Positions 1 to 9,679 of a DNA stretch of 64,000 bases are shown in pieces. A model generated the notes under the pieces. That model ran no database searches. It saw nothing but the letters and a program-made list of their open reading frames with translations, and was not told the DNA's origin. Each line of letters opens with the position of its first letter. The first letter of the stretch is position 1. The DNA comes from Puccinia triticina (lineage: Eukaryota): the NCBI GenBank assembly GCA_026914245.1, contig CP110439.1, forward strand, positions 5,766,001 through 5,830,000, read 5' to 3'. A program made the translations under genes and the position numbers.

Positions 1-1188
1 GGCCGTTGTTGAAGATTTTGAGTACTTCGTAAGGACCTTCGAATTTCTCCTTCAGTTTGTCAACCCCGGACTGATGTTTTCCTCGCCAGTCTGCCGAATT
101 GAGGAGCGCTGGATCGCCCACTGCAAGTGGAGGTGCCGCCGAACGATGTTTATTATGCTGTGTGGCCTGCTTGACGCGACTTGTCCATAGAGTGTCTCGT
201 GCCTCTTCCCACGCGCCCTCCCGTGTCTTGAGCCATTTTTCCAGAGAGGGAACTGCAATGTCCGGATCGTTTGATGTGGGTTGGGTCGGGAACCCTGATG
301 GTTTGCGGCCGAACAGGAGTTCAAAAGGGCTGAAACCTGTTGCCACGTTGATAGCCGAGTTGATGGCGAATTCCACCGCCGGAAGTGATTCAAGCCATTT
401 GCTTTGTTGTTTTGCCGTGAAAGTCCTGAGAATTTGACCAATGGTCTTATTTGATCGCTCGCTTCTGCCGTCCGCTTGAGGATGAAAGGCACTTGTCATG
501 TGAAAGTTGATATTCAGTTTGCTCATCAGAGCTTTCCAGAATCGCGAGGTCCACGTCTTGTCTCTGTCACTAATAACAGTGGAAGGTGCTCCAAATTTCA
601 ATATCCACCCGGTGAAGAAACGAGACGCGGTTTTCTCTGCCGTATCGGATTGGAGAACTGGGATGATCTGTATGAAACCTGATAGTCGGCAGGTGCACGT
701 CAAGATCATATCGTAATGGGTCGCTTTACGAAGCGGTCCAACAAAGTCAATGGCGATGTCGGTGAGCGGTAACCGGGGAAATGGTGGCGTCATCATCTTA
801 CCAGTAGGTGCAGCTGTTGGGGATTTTGTGCGCTGACAGACTTCACAATGCTTGATCAGCTTCCGAATGTTGGCTGACATCCTTGGCCAAAAGAAGTCTT
901 TACGAAGTCCTTTGTTGTTTTAAGGTAGCCTAGGTGTCCTAATCGAAGGTGTGCCTCTTCAACCAATCTTCTTCGCAGTTGGAAATTTGCTGGAATGACA
1001 AGTCGATCATCGATGAAGAGGAGTCCGTTCTCTTCTCTGCAGTTATCGCGTAGTGGGAGTGCTTTTTGTAGCGCTACACAGAATTGGTCGTGTGGGTAGC
1101 CATCCTTGATAGATCTTTTAAGACCGTCCGACAGTGATGGTCCACACTCCGTCAAGGCCGCTATACAGGCAACTGTTGCCACCTGCGC
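1..1188 (-). pseudogene. Gypsy integrase region of element A (linker, HHCC zinc finger, DDE core, GPY/F motif), frameshifted near 910
   Basis: ORF 856-1182 reads GLLFIDDRLVIP...AHLRLGHLGYLKT. The other frame continues CEVCQRTK...DIAIDFVGPL, SDRDKTWTSRFW, FHPQADGRSERSN and KFEGPYEV near position 20. Confidence 0.88.
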
Positions 1189-1826
1189 GACCCCTAACTC
1201 CTACTGCTGAAATCCCAGGAGGCACACGCACACAAGCATCGTTACAAGCAGTAAAGCTGTGTGAAGTACACGTCCCACACTCTGTGTCCGTGGTGAAGTG
1301 TCTTGGGAGCACGTCAGGAGCCAAGCATGCAGAAGGTGGCACTTGGGTTACTTCGTCTTTGTGCAGATGCGCTATACTGCGTAATCTGCGTGTAGCAGGA
1401 GGCGTGGTCAAGGAAGTGGGTGGTGCACTGGGCGACAGGGTATGTAGCTGTAAGACCAGACCGGTTGTATTAGTGTTTCCGAGTTCCAGCATCGATGGTT
1501 CTGTTCGCAGATACATAGTGGTGGTTGCTGAGGATGGCAATGGAAGAGCACACTTCGATATAAGGCCTAGTAACAACTCTAGCTTGTTCGCAAAACAGGG
1601 CGGTAGTGAACCTGCAGTGCACAACACTACCGACGGCACTAAGCCAAAAGCGAGAACCATAACTCGCGAACCTATGTTCGAGTGTACCAATGCCGTTGCA
1701 GTCAGAAGTGGAGACTCGCGAAGTGTGACCATCCGGGGTGGACATGAGCACGAGTCTACTAGTGTAGTCACAATGCCTGCTCCGGTGGCGCCAAGACTCA
1801 ACCTTAAATCTTTAACTTTTGACTAG
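1189..1826 (+). CDS. Orphan ORF of the virus-like block, 5'-truncated at the junction (beta-rich, Cys-containing)
   Basis: Open frame 1134-1826 crosses the junction and has no ATG start of its own near it. Its stop TAG is 3 bp from the stop of the convergent ORF at 1830. Confidence 0.55.
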
Positions 1827-1829
1827 GTT

Positions 1830-2408
1830 TTAAAAACTTTTAGTCTTGTAATATATTACTGACGGGTCAAAACTCATACCAGGAAGTGACATAGGAGAGA
1901 AAGCTAGCGGCACTAAAGATATGCTGTCTATCACTGGTGGACAAAATCTCATAATGTTTCTAAGACTCACTTCCAGCTCTACCACCATCCATAACCGGAG
2001 AGACCTAGGGCACATATATTCGTACGCTGCTGCTTGTGAAAAACGCGTACTGACCGGAGACAGGCTAGAGGTAGAAATTTGGTCCAGCTTGGTAAAGTCT
2101 ACCGGTATCGTGCTTCTCACGGGAGTTTCCAGTACTCTAGATAACCATGCGAGGAGTGAGTTCTTGAAGTCCGCCCGTAGGGCGACCCGATATCCACCAG
2201 GTTCATTGGATATACTGAATGTAGGATATGACAAACACAAGCACGCGAGTTTTGGATCCAAGACTCCGTCGTTTGGCATCTGAAGCTTTAGTTTGTAGAT
2301 TCGAGAACAACAGCTCTGCCGGAAGTACTGCCTGTGTGCGTCAATCGGTTCCACACTTGGAATCAAGGACGCCTCTACTTTGTGATCTGGATATAATACC
2401 ATCTGCAT
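1830..2408 (-). CDS. ~192-aa hypothetical protein (MQMVLYPDHK...), possible OB-fold/ssDNA-binding paralogue
   Basis: Part of ORF 1830-2651. An ATG at 2408 avoids overlap with the divergent gene at 2455. Alternating beta-strand pattern (IYKLKLQ, YRVALRA, LWMVVELEV). The fold call is speculative. Confidence 0.55.
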   Translation of the reverse strand: MQMVLYPDHKVEASLIPSVEPIDAHRQYFRQSCCSRIYKLKLQMPNDGVLDPKLACLCLSYPTFSISNEPGGYRVALRADFKNSLLAWLSRVLETPVRSTIPVDFTKLDQISTSSLSPVSTRFSQAAAYEYMCPRSLRLWMVVELEVSLRNIMRFCPPVIDSISLVPLAFSPMSLPGMSFDPSVIYYKTKSF

Positions 2409-2454
2409 CGTCACAAGTGTATGTGCGGCTACGCCGCTATCGCACACGTTGAGT

Positions 2455-3483
2455 ATGCAAGGACTACAAGACCAGCTGAACGCCGCTGCTGCGGTGAAGT
2501 CGTTAAAGGACGAGCTTGAAGTCAAAGCCGAGCGAACCAAGGTTACAGGTTCTACTACCGCTCCCATATTGTTCAATGCCATGCGAGTGTCTATGGAAAC
2601 TATGTTGCGCAACTTGGAGAAACAAACACTAGCAATACAAGCCATGGCCACAGAAACAAGAATGACACGAGAATCGGTGGAAAGACTAGCTGGTCACGTG
2701 GAGGCCTCTACGAACCAGACAGCTGAGCTGTTACACATGCTACGCTACAGTATGGGGGGCTCCTCAACTTCCGACACAAGGTCACTACCTGGAACCCCAG
2801 GCCAGCCCACGTCCAAACCTGCGCTCAAAGATAAGTACATACTAGGAACCAAGATAGTCACCAAATACGACGTGGTGGCATGTGTGCTATTTAGGCTCAT
2901 AATGCTCGCGTGGACCCAAGATAAGAACCAGGGCAAGCCCCAAGTTAACGCTGGCATCAACATGTCATTAACTTATCCCGCCTTAAAGCGAGTTATCAAG
3001 CCCATGGCAAAGTGCAAATTTAGAAACTCGCTCACGGGACATACGGAACCTGAGGTCGCAATTCCAGAAAAGAGTGATCGCGGAACGAGAAGTGTTCTGA
3101 ACAAGCTAGGAGACTCGACAGAGGAAACACAAGCTCAGGTAACAGTGGTCGACATACGAGATGTATGCAACGATCCCCACTGTACACAGCTAATATCCGC
3201 TTCTATGGAAGTGGCATCTAGAATAAACGTAGTTCGCGGTGTGCTGTGTCCAGCCGTCAGGGCATATTGTGGTGCTCTGGGAAGATATCCAAAGTTTAAA
3301 GAAGAAGGTGAGCTGTCCTTGGCTCTGGACCCAGAGCCTTTAACACGTGCCACCAGAGAAGCAGACTTCGACAGGAAAGTGCGTGACTTAAAGCCCGGAC
3401 ATTCTGAGTCTTACATACAAGACTTCCTCGAATTGGGGCCGGCAGAGGCGATGAAAAGGATGCGCACAGGGGGCTACACGTAG
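2455..3483 (+). CDS. ~342-aa hypothetical protein with N-terminal coiled coil
   Basis: Uninterrupted ORF with ATG at 2455 and a heptad-like N-terminus (LQDQLNAAAAVKSLKDELE; METMLRNLEKQTLAIQAM). Convergent with the UDG-like gene across a 40-bp AT-rich spacer. Confidence 0.7.
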   Translation: MQGLQDQLNAAAAVKSLKDELEVKAERTKVTGSTTAPILFNAMRVSMETMLRNLEKQTLAIQAMATETRMTRESVERLAGHVEASTNQTAELLHMLRYSMGGSSTSDTRSLPGTPGQPTSKPALKDKYILGTKIVTKYDVVACVLFRLIMLAWTQDKNQGKPQVNAGINMSLTYPALKRVIKPMAKCKFRNSLTGHTEPEVAIPEKSDRGTRSVLNKLGDSTEETQAQVTVVDIRDVCNDPHCTQLISASMEVASRINVVRGVLCPAVRAYCGALGRYPKFKEEGELSLALDPEPLTRATREADFDRKVRDLKPGHSESYIQDFLELGPAEAMKRMRTGGYT

Positions 3484-3523
3484 ACACAAGCTCTATTTTT
3501 ATTTTAAAACGGAGTGAGATACG

Positions 3524-5680
3524 CTACACGTTCAAAGCTTCTAGTCTGCAAACGAAATACTTTAGTCTGGGTGGACAATTTATGGACATAGCGTTAGACA
3601 CTGTGTCAGCTGTGGCACTCTCTCCCAAACCGTAGAGCAGTTGTGCAACCTCTTCTACTATACTACAAGCTGGGGACCCATCCAGATATGCGGATAAGGC
3701 ATCTCCTACAATGTACATATGCCTTTTGTTAGCGTGGTCGGCTATGATACTTACTAGATTTCGGTCTACCGTTGAGCCCGCGTTGTCACTTTGTACTCTC
3801 TCGTGACCGCCAGCTGGTAACATAGGGAGCTCCTCTGTGGATTCAATTTTGTGTTCCACGGGGGAGAGAGGCCTAGTTCCGACAGGAAGGTCAGCGCTCT
3901 CCCTGTACTCCCCAACAGACGATTTCAGGCTCTCAGCCTGAGGAACAGCAGTCGTGCTAAGGCCCAGTATGTGCAAGGGCTTGGTACCCGGCTTGTAACG
4001 ACTGGAGGCAGATACGGAGACTCCAAACTCTACATCCGGCGAGTCCGGAGCAGAGGGCGTTACACTGGTGCGTCTGACGGCTCTCCTACGTACAGGGGTT
4101 ACAATGGCGGACTGCGAAGGTGATACCTCAGGCAAGGAGGCCTCTTGTTGCCTTGAACGTGATGGGCTGTGAGCCCCAGTGGGAGCTAGTATCTCCTGTG
4201 TTGTCTCTAGTGTTGGAGTTCCGATGCTTGCAATCGAGCTCCCATGTCTTCTAACTGCCTTCCTTAGTGGCCTGTTGGCTGAGGGTGATGTCACAGAGGC
4301 GCAGCTTCCGCCAGATGTCACGTTGGACGGTACTTGCACTTTCATGGACTGATCTGTCGACGTGGCGGCATAGGTTAAAACAGGATTAGCTTGAGGTCTA
4401 GACACGGCCTCGTATTGTGTGCATGTACCCAAACGAGCTCTAAACACATGCAAACCCCCTGACGCATTTTCGCAAGCTTTGGCTAGCTTGTTCATAGCGG
4501 CTATAACATTGTCTGGCAAAGTCGGTTCGGAGCCGGACCTGGCTACTTCTACACACTCTCTCGCTCCATTGGCAACGGCGTCTAACATGTTTCCTATGCC
4601 CAGAGTTTTGTGTACTACCCTACCCAGAGCTGCAGGATCTATCGATTGTTGCGATGCCGGGTTCTTACCGCCACGATATGACATAGTGAGTGCTTTGACA
4701 GCGCAGCTGTTCAAACCTAAAGACAGAGGCTTTAAACCGTACGACGTCAGTACCATATCATCCCTAATACGCTCTATTTGTCTTCCCAACTCGTTGCCTC
4801 CAGCTCCCAGTACAGTGCCCTGCTGCGAATCAGGGCCTATACAGACGATGGGATTGGGATAGCCAGGTATCATGGCCAAAGCAACTTCGTGAAGACTGCT
4901 TGCAGTTGCTAGAGTCAGCTTTGATGCATGGTGCTGTCCCCCGGGCGTTATAGATGCTGTATACTCGGAGTTTTCCACCAAGACTGTATCACAGTATCGT
5001 ACAGAATCTGCAGCCGCCTGTAGTATTCTGTTTGCGAGGTACTTGCGCGCTGGCTCGGGTAACATAGGAACCTCTGTGCGCCTATGCTCGGGGAGTCTAT
5101 GAATATAGGCCGGGTGTTTGCCCCGCCAGACTCTAACCTTGTAAACCCTCGATATAGAAGACGCTACCTCCTTAGCGGTAGCAGCACCATCATTACCAAG
5201 CGCTATAAGATGAAGTTCTGGCCTGCTGTCGGCTCCTATATTGAGTTGTGCTCGCGAGACTAGCAGCTCTACTATGTACCTCACTTGGTCTACACATTGC
5301 GAGTGTTGAACCACCGGACTTGACAGCGGAGCCAAGTTATGGTTCACGAATAGTATACCCCCATAAAGCATGCGCCAGCTATCGCGCAGGCATGTAGACA
5401 AAAGCTTCTCTTTACAACCGTCCTCATATGACAAAAACTTTGCCAGCTGCAGAACAGATGGAGGCTCTCCGTATGAGACATCGGGGTCATATGACAGGGC
5501 TGCTGCTCTACTGGCATGTATAGCCAAGGGGTACGGAGATTGACCAAACACTATGCAGTCAAAGTTAAATTGATGCCACGTTACAAAGTACTCAAAGTAT
5601 TTGACCATATACTGGGGAGCCCGATAATCTGGTTCAAACCCAGCACATAGTTTACCAAACACCTCACAAGCTCTCTCCAT
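3524..5680 (-). CDS. Uracil-DNA glycosylase-fold protein (family-1 UNG-like, catalytic Asp replaced by Ser) with long Ser/Pro-rich C-terminal extension
   Basis: Motifs in UNG order: IVFGQSPYP (GQDPY), AAALSY (GLAFS), PPSVLQL (PPSLxNI), GGILFVN (GVLLLN), IALGNDG (LLWG), KHPAY (HPSP). ORF 3524-5722, first ATG at 5680. Confidence 0.75.
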   Translation of the reverse strand: MERACEVFGKLCAGFEPDYRAPQYMVKYFEYFVTWHQFNFDCIVFGQSPYPLAIHASRAAALSYDPDVSYGEPPSVLQLAKFLSYEDGCKEKLLSTCLRDSWRMLYGGILFVNHNLAPLSSPVVQHSQCVDQVRYIVELLVSRAQLNIGADSRPELHLIALGNDGAATAKEVASSISRVYKVRVWRGKHPAYIHRLPEHRRTEVPMLPEPARKYLANRILQAAADSVRYCDTVLVENSEYTASITPGGQHHASKLTLATASSLHEVALAMIPGYPNPIVCIGPDSQQGTVLGAGGNELGRQIERIRDDMVLTSYGLKPLSLGLNSCAVKALTMSYRGGKNPASQQSIDPAALGRVVHKTLGIGNMLDAVANGARECVEVARSGSEPTLPDNVIAAMNKLAKACENASGGLHVFRARLGTCTQYEAVSRPQANPVLTYAATSTDQSMKVQVPSNVTSGGSCASVTSPSANRPLRKAVRRHGSSIASIGTPTLETTQEILAPTGAHSPSRSRQQEASLPEVSPSQSAIVTPVRRRAVRRTSVTPSAPDSPDVEFGVSVSASSRYKPGTKPLHILGLSTTAVPQAESLKSSVGEYRESADLPVGTRPLSPVEHKIESTEELPMLPAGGHERVQSDNAGSTVDRNLVSIIADHANKRHMYIVGDALSAYLDGSPACSIVEEVAQLLYGLGESATADTVSNAMSINCPPRLKYFVCRLEALNV

Positions 5681-5730
5681 TCTTAGTGTGTGATACCAGC
5701 TTGCTGGTTTTGAGAGAGCCACTAGTCAAG

Positions 5731-6702
5731 CTAGGTGCTTAGGTCGTATTGGAGCTCCATATCAAACGATTGGCACGTCTTTTCAAGTCCATCCACCCAG
5801 TCCTTGGGTCTTCTAACTCTCAGTTCCAGGTTTAGTTTCAACGCTAGGACATGTAAAGAGTGACAATCCCAACACTTACCACTGCGCATCTTGGCTCCCC
5901 TTATGTGCCGGGTGTAAAACGATGTGTCTCCTAACAATCTAGACGTAGTAGGGTAGAAGGCAGCCAGGGGCCCTCCTTTCAGGAGGGCCCGGACGTAGTT
6001 AGAGTACGCCGCTTTGTACACAGGTAGCATCACTTTGTCATCTACCGGAGTCAAACTGCTCAGCACTGGAATACAACTGGGGTCGCTACCTACGGACCAC
6101 GCTGACATGCATATGTTGCTCAGTATCTGGTGCAATCTGTCGTCAGCTGTGTTGTGGTTTATGGCCAGACATCTGGCAGATATGTCAGTTGCTTCTATTT
6201 TAGCTGTTAGTTCTCTCGTTGTGTACTCGAGCTCGAAGTCTTCCAAGTAGGTAACAGAATCAGAGGTCCTGTGACTGTACATCATGGTCCACTTGTCTCC
6301 CGAAGGCTGGATTATCATAGCAGTGGACGAAACACAAGGTTCAGTTACGCAGAGGTAGTAATCACATATTTCCCTTGCTTGATCTAAGCTGTACGTGTCA
6401 CAAGAGGTTACCAACACTAGGTTTTGTGGTAGCCTGTTGCAAGATAGAAGCGTGTATACGGCGCACATGTCTAAGTATATGGAAGACACAGTTTCACTGC
6501 ATGGTAAACAAGTCAGCTTGGTTATTAAAGAGGGACTTACTGAGGATTTGATGTTAAAGTCACCTACGCAAAGAGGGAAAGACGTGTCCATTAACGCATC
6601 CACAGCCGAGTATGTGCCCTTTCTCAGGTGGCTGGAACTACACTTACTGGAAAGGTCGGCTAGTCTGTTTACTATTGCGTTAGGTTTCATTTGAGTTTGC
6701 AT
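5731..6702 (-). CDS. ~323-aa hypothetical protein, weak resemblance to a degenerate Ulp1/C48 papain-like fold
   Basis: Uninterrupted ORF 5731-6777 with ATG at 6702. The pattern YLDMCAVYTLL...AMIIQPSGDKWTMMY...TYLED echoes Ulp1 spacing, but the catalytic His and QxNxxDC are not seen. Confidence 0.6.
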   Translation of the reverse strand: MQTQMKPNAIVNRLADLSSKCSSSHLRKGTYSAVDALMDTSFPLCVGDFNIKSSVSPSLITKLTCLPCSETVSSIYLDMCAVYTLLSCNRLPQNLVLVTSCDTYSLDQAREICDYYLCVTEPCVSSTAMIIQPSGDKWTMMYSHRTSDSVTYLEDFELEYTTRELTAKIEATDISARCLAINHNTADDRLHQILSNICMSAWSVGSDPSCIPVLSSLTPVDDKVMLPVYKAAYSNYVRALLKGGPLAAFYPTTSRLLGDTSFYTRHIRGAKMRSGKCWDCHSLHVLALKLNLELRVRRPKDWVDGLEKTCQSFDMELQYDLST

Positions 6703-6758
6703 GGTGCATGCGCAGCTGGCTGCCCGTGTGGTGTGATCAGGAACCCTGGCAGAAAGTT

Positions 6759-8072
6759 TTAAGCATCGGACACGCAAAGCACCCTAAGGCGCGGAACCAT
6801 TGGTGGGCATGAATACTGTTCTCTGCACACAACTTCAGGTCTGTAATCTGAAACTTGTAACCTGGACAGGCAAGTCCCGTCTTTGCAGAGAGAACCCTCC
6901 AGGTACACGTACGGTGTCATGTACGGAACACATGATATCGTTACCTCAGCAAAGTGCGTTGCGCCCAACAAACCTGCCGTATAGTTGTCTTCCGTTACGT
7001 CCTTGGAGTTACATGGAGTAGGGGAAAATAGTATAAGTGATGACGGTCCCATCTGTACGGCCATGGACGAGAACCCTGTGTAGCACGGACATTCAGCCCT
7101 GTGGTAGAATGTGTTATACCCCGTGATGCACCGTTCCATAAGGTCGAGGAGATACATGGGCACAGCGTAGTGACACACGTACTGGGGGTTACTACTACGG
7201 CTTTCTAGTGACACAGGTACATAGTAAGCTCTACATCCTTTCACCACTATGTATCTGTGTTCCGCAGCTACGTTAGCACCAGTCTTGCAAGCCGTTAATT
7301 GTGTGTCATTCAGACCCGGGAAGGGCAGTGGCACCGGAGTTGTGATATTGAAGCGCGCGTCCTCCAGCTTTCTGAACACCCACGGTGCATAAATTGGCTC
7401 CAGGGCTCTGTTGTCAGTGCTCAGAGGATCCGGATTCCTAGTTGTAAAATCAATCTCCAGTCCCTCCTCGAGACACCTACGTAGGTACTTCTTTGACCCC
7501 ATTCTGTACACCAGCAACGAGTGTTCGACCTTGGGCTCCTCTCCCACCAGCGTCTGCTTTGGAGGCCACACCCTGACCTCGGGAGACTCATGCACGGAAT
7601 CTGTGGAGCAGTGCGTATCCGGGTGTGTTACATCACAGGGATATTCTGTGTGGAGGGCCGGCCCGTGGGCCGGCGGCCGAGTACTACTTTGTCCTTGTTT
7701 TCTTGACATTGAGTCTTGAGATAAGACTGGCTCGCGGCCAGCCTCTTGTTTGTACTTTAAATTGTAGTTCTGCTCTGTCGGGCCATGTTCACTAGTACGT
7801 ACAATGTTCGAGTTAACGTTACTGGACCTAAACATGGATGGTATGACAGCTCGGAACATAGCTTCATCCTTGCGGCTCATAGTGTGGTCCTGTTGCTTTT
7901 CCCGAGCAGCCTGGGTACCGACGTCAGGACTTGCCAAACATGGTTCTTCATAGGCGCGAGTCTGGTTTGAAGTCTGGGTCCGGTCTATGGGAGTCATAGG
8001 TTGAAGCACTGGAACTCTACGCAACGCCTTACGAACCGTAGGTTTTACGTTTAGTGATCTTGTGTTTTCCAT
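6759..8072 (-). CDS. ~437-aa hypothetical protein, disordered N-half and Cys/Tyr-rich C-terminal domain
   Basis: Uninterrupted ORF 6759-8159. The ATG at 8072 (MENTRS) lies 56 bp beyond the stop of the RNase H gene. Confidence 0.65.
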   Translation of the reverse strand: MENTRSLNVKPTVRKALRRVPVLQPMTPIDRTQTSNQTRAYEEPCLASPDVGTQAAREKQQDHTMSRKDEAMFRAVIPSMFRSSNVNSNIVRTSEHGPTEQNYNLKYKQEAGREPVLSQDSMSRKQGQSSTRPPAHGPALHTEYPCDVTHPDTHCSTDSVHESPEVRVWPPKQTLVGEEPKVEHSLLVYRMGSKKYLRRCLEEGLEIDFTTRNPDPLSTDNRALEPIYAPWVFRKLEDARFNITTPVPLPFPGLNDTQLTACKTGANVAAEHRYIVVKGCRAYYVPVSLESRSSNPQYVCHYAVPMYLLDLMERCITGYNTFYHRAECPCYTGFSSMAVQMGPSSLILFSPTPCNSKDVTEDNYTAGLLGATHFAEVTISCVPYMTPYVYLEGSLCKDGTCLSRLQVSDYRPEVVCREQYSCPPMVPRLRVLCVSDA

Positions 8073-8128
8073 TCTAAAGGTCGAATCTGTGGCTTGTAAA
8101 AGTTGCACATATGATGTATTTAGGCGGC

Positions 8129-8692
8129 CTAGCCGCTTGTGCTCAGGAGGCCCGCACATTCCACTACTCTAGAAACCAACTCCGCGTGGTCCTGGCTTGC
8201 ACTACTGGTTCTTCCTATCTCAGCAAGTCTGTCTGCCTCCTTGTTGCCCAACGCCCTAGGGTGTGAAGGTTCAGAACTATGAGCTTTGACCCAGCGTATC
8301 CTAGCGTCAACCTTCATTTCATATTGCAACTTTCTGAGTTTATTGTCTACATACCTCACATACCCAAGATGGCTCACAGTCGTTTTCTTGCTTGACCTCC
8401 AGTTATTCTCCCTCCATACTTCTATCCACTTTGTCATACTGTTAAACAGATACTGAGATTCGACGCAGAAAGTAACCTCTGTACAGTCAGGTAGTAAACC
8501 GGCAGCCTTGTTCTCCATCATCCAAGTAATAGACACTGCCAAGGCCACCCACTCAGCCTCATTGTTAGTGTTTGCGGTACAACGTATAGGCTCTGAGATA
8601 AGAAGGAGCGGAGGCCCCTGACAGTAAACTCCAATGCCAGCAGCTCGCAAACCATTCTCCAGCTTACTGGAGCCGTCAGAAAATATATCCAT
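8129..8692 (-). CDS. Stand-alone type-1 ribonuclease H (cellular/viral RNase HI type)
   Basis: DIFSDGS, AGIGVY, TNNEAEW, VESQY (Asp to Glu), W...W..NNW, WVKAHS and GNKEADRLA give the full RNase HI motif set, including the His loop. Confidence 0.92.
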   Translation of the reverse strand: MDIFSDGSSKLENGLRAAGIGVYCQGPPLLLISEPIRCTANTNNEAEWVALAVSITWMMENKAAGLLPDCTEVTFCVESQYLFNSMTKWIEVWRENNWRSSKKTTVSHLGYVRYVDNKLRKLQYEMKVDARIRWVKAHSSEPSHPRALGNKEADRLAEIGRTSSASQDHAELVSRVVECAGLLSTSG

Positions 8693-8803
8693 AGCTACAG
8701 TACCAAGGCAGCAAGCTGCTTTGACCTAAACATGGCGTATGGCCACACTTTATATTAAAACACTTGTCTTGCCTGTTCAGTTTTAAAGGCCAGGCAACAA
8801 GAA

Positions 8804-9610
8804 CTATATGGAAAGAGACTCTAGCATTTCAGCTAGAGCCTTGCTGGCCTTCGCCGCAGGAGGAACCAGAGAGCCCATAGCTAAAGTTGGAGCGCCAGGG
8901 GCCAACTCGTTGTCAAGTTGATCTTTACACAGCTCTATCAAGGTGATGATGGCTGGCTCGAAGGCTAGGCTGTACCCCTCAGCTTTCTCAGGAGTCACTG
9001 GTTGCCCTTTATATTTGGCCTTGATAACGAAGAAGCATGAAGCTATAATGTCTTTGCCCATCAAGAAGACCCTGGATGGATCCGGAACTTCGATTACAGT
9101 TTCTTCCCCATCCTCAACAGTCAAGGTGTGCACATGCATTGCCTTGGGTACCGTAACCGTGAAAAGGCAAAACCCGGCCTGCCTAGTTACCTTTTCTACT
9201 GGTGGATTCCTGAGGTTCAGCCTTTCCAAAGTTTTGGAGCATACGTTCTCGAAGATGGCTTCTGGAATACCTACTCTTATGTTGTTGGTGCCGTAAGCTT
9301 GGGGCCCAGAGTTCTTGCGCGTCACTCCCAGAATGCGCACACGTTCTATGGGCAAGTAAGGACACTTCTCATTTCCACTGTACATTACTGTGAGCGTGCG
9401 GGATCCATACATGGGTTCTCTGTTGGAACTACTGATCTTCTTTGCGTACTCAGTATTGTCCTTAAAAGCCTCAGGGATCAGGGTATAGGACGGAATATGT
9501 GTGGTGCTGAGCCATGCAGCCGGTTCCACACACAACTCACCCGCCTCATCTAGAGACAAGTACGTTTTCTTTGTGACGTCTTGAGTCACTTGCTTGCTAA
9601 GTTCCGGCAT
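8804..9610 (-). CDS. ~268-aa protein, candidate viral ssDNA-binding protein (T7 gp2.5/NCLDV-like OB fold)
   Basis: Uninterrupted ORF 8804-9661 with ATG at 9610, adjacent to the helicase. The beta-rich pattern (LTVMY, VRILGV, IRVGIP, FFVIKAKY, YSLAFEP) is compatible with an OB fold. Function is inferred. Confidence 0.55.
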   Translation of the reverse strand: MPELSKQVTQDVTKKTYLSLDEAGELCVEPAAWLSTTHIPSYTLIPEAFKDNTEYAKKISSSNREPMYGSRTLTVMYSGNEKCPYLPIERVRILGVTRKNSGPQAYGTNNIRVGIPEAIFENVCSKTLERLNLRNPPVEKVTRQAGFCLFTVTVPKAMHVHTLTVEDGEETVIEVPDPSRVFLMGKDIIASCFFVIKAKYKGQPVTPEKAEGYSLAFEPAIITLIELCKDQLDNELAPGAPTLAMGSLVPPAAKASKALAEMLESLSI

Positions 9611-9679
9611 GATAACTAGAGGGTTCTCAAAAGTAAAGCTCGAAACACTGTGTCTTGGCACGCCCCGTGCCCAGTTTTA

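Noticed and set aside
1118..1801. Minus-strand 227-aa ORF
   Set aside because: Antisense shadow of the plus-strand ORF ending at 1826, and it runs across the junction into Gypsy sequence. The strand choice is not certain.
1921..2452. Plus-strand ORFs 1921-2283 and 2228-2452
   Set aside because: They are shadows of the longer uninterrupted minus-strand ORF 1830-2408, which fits the gene packing better.
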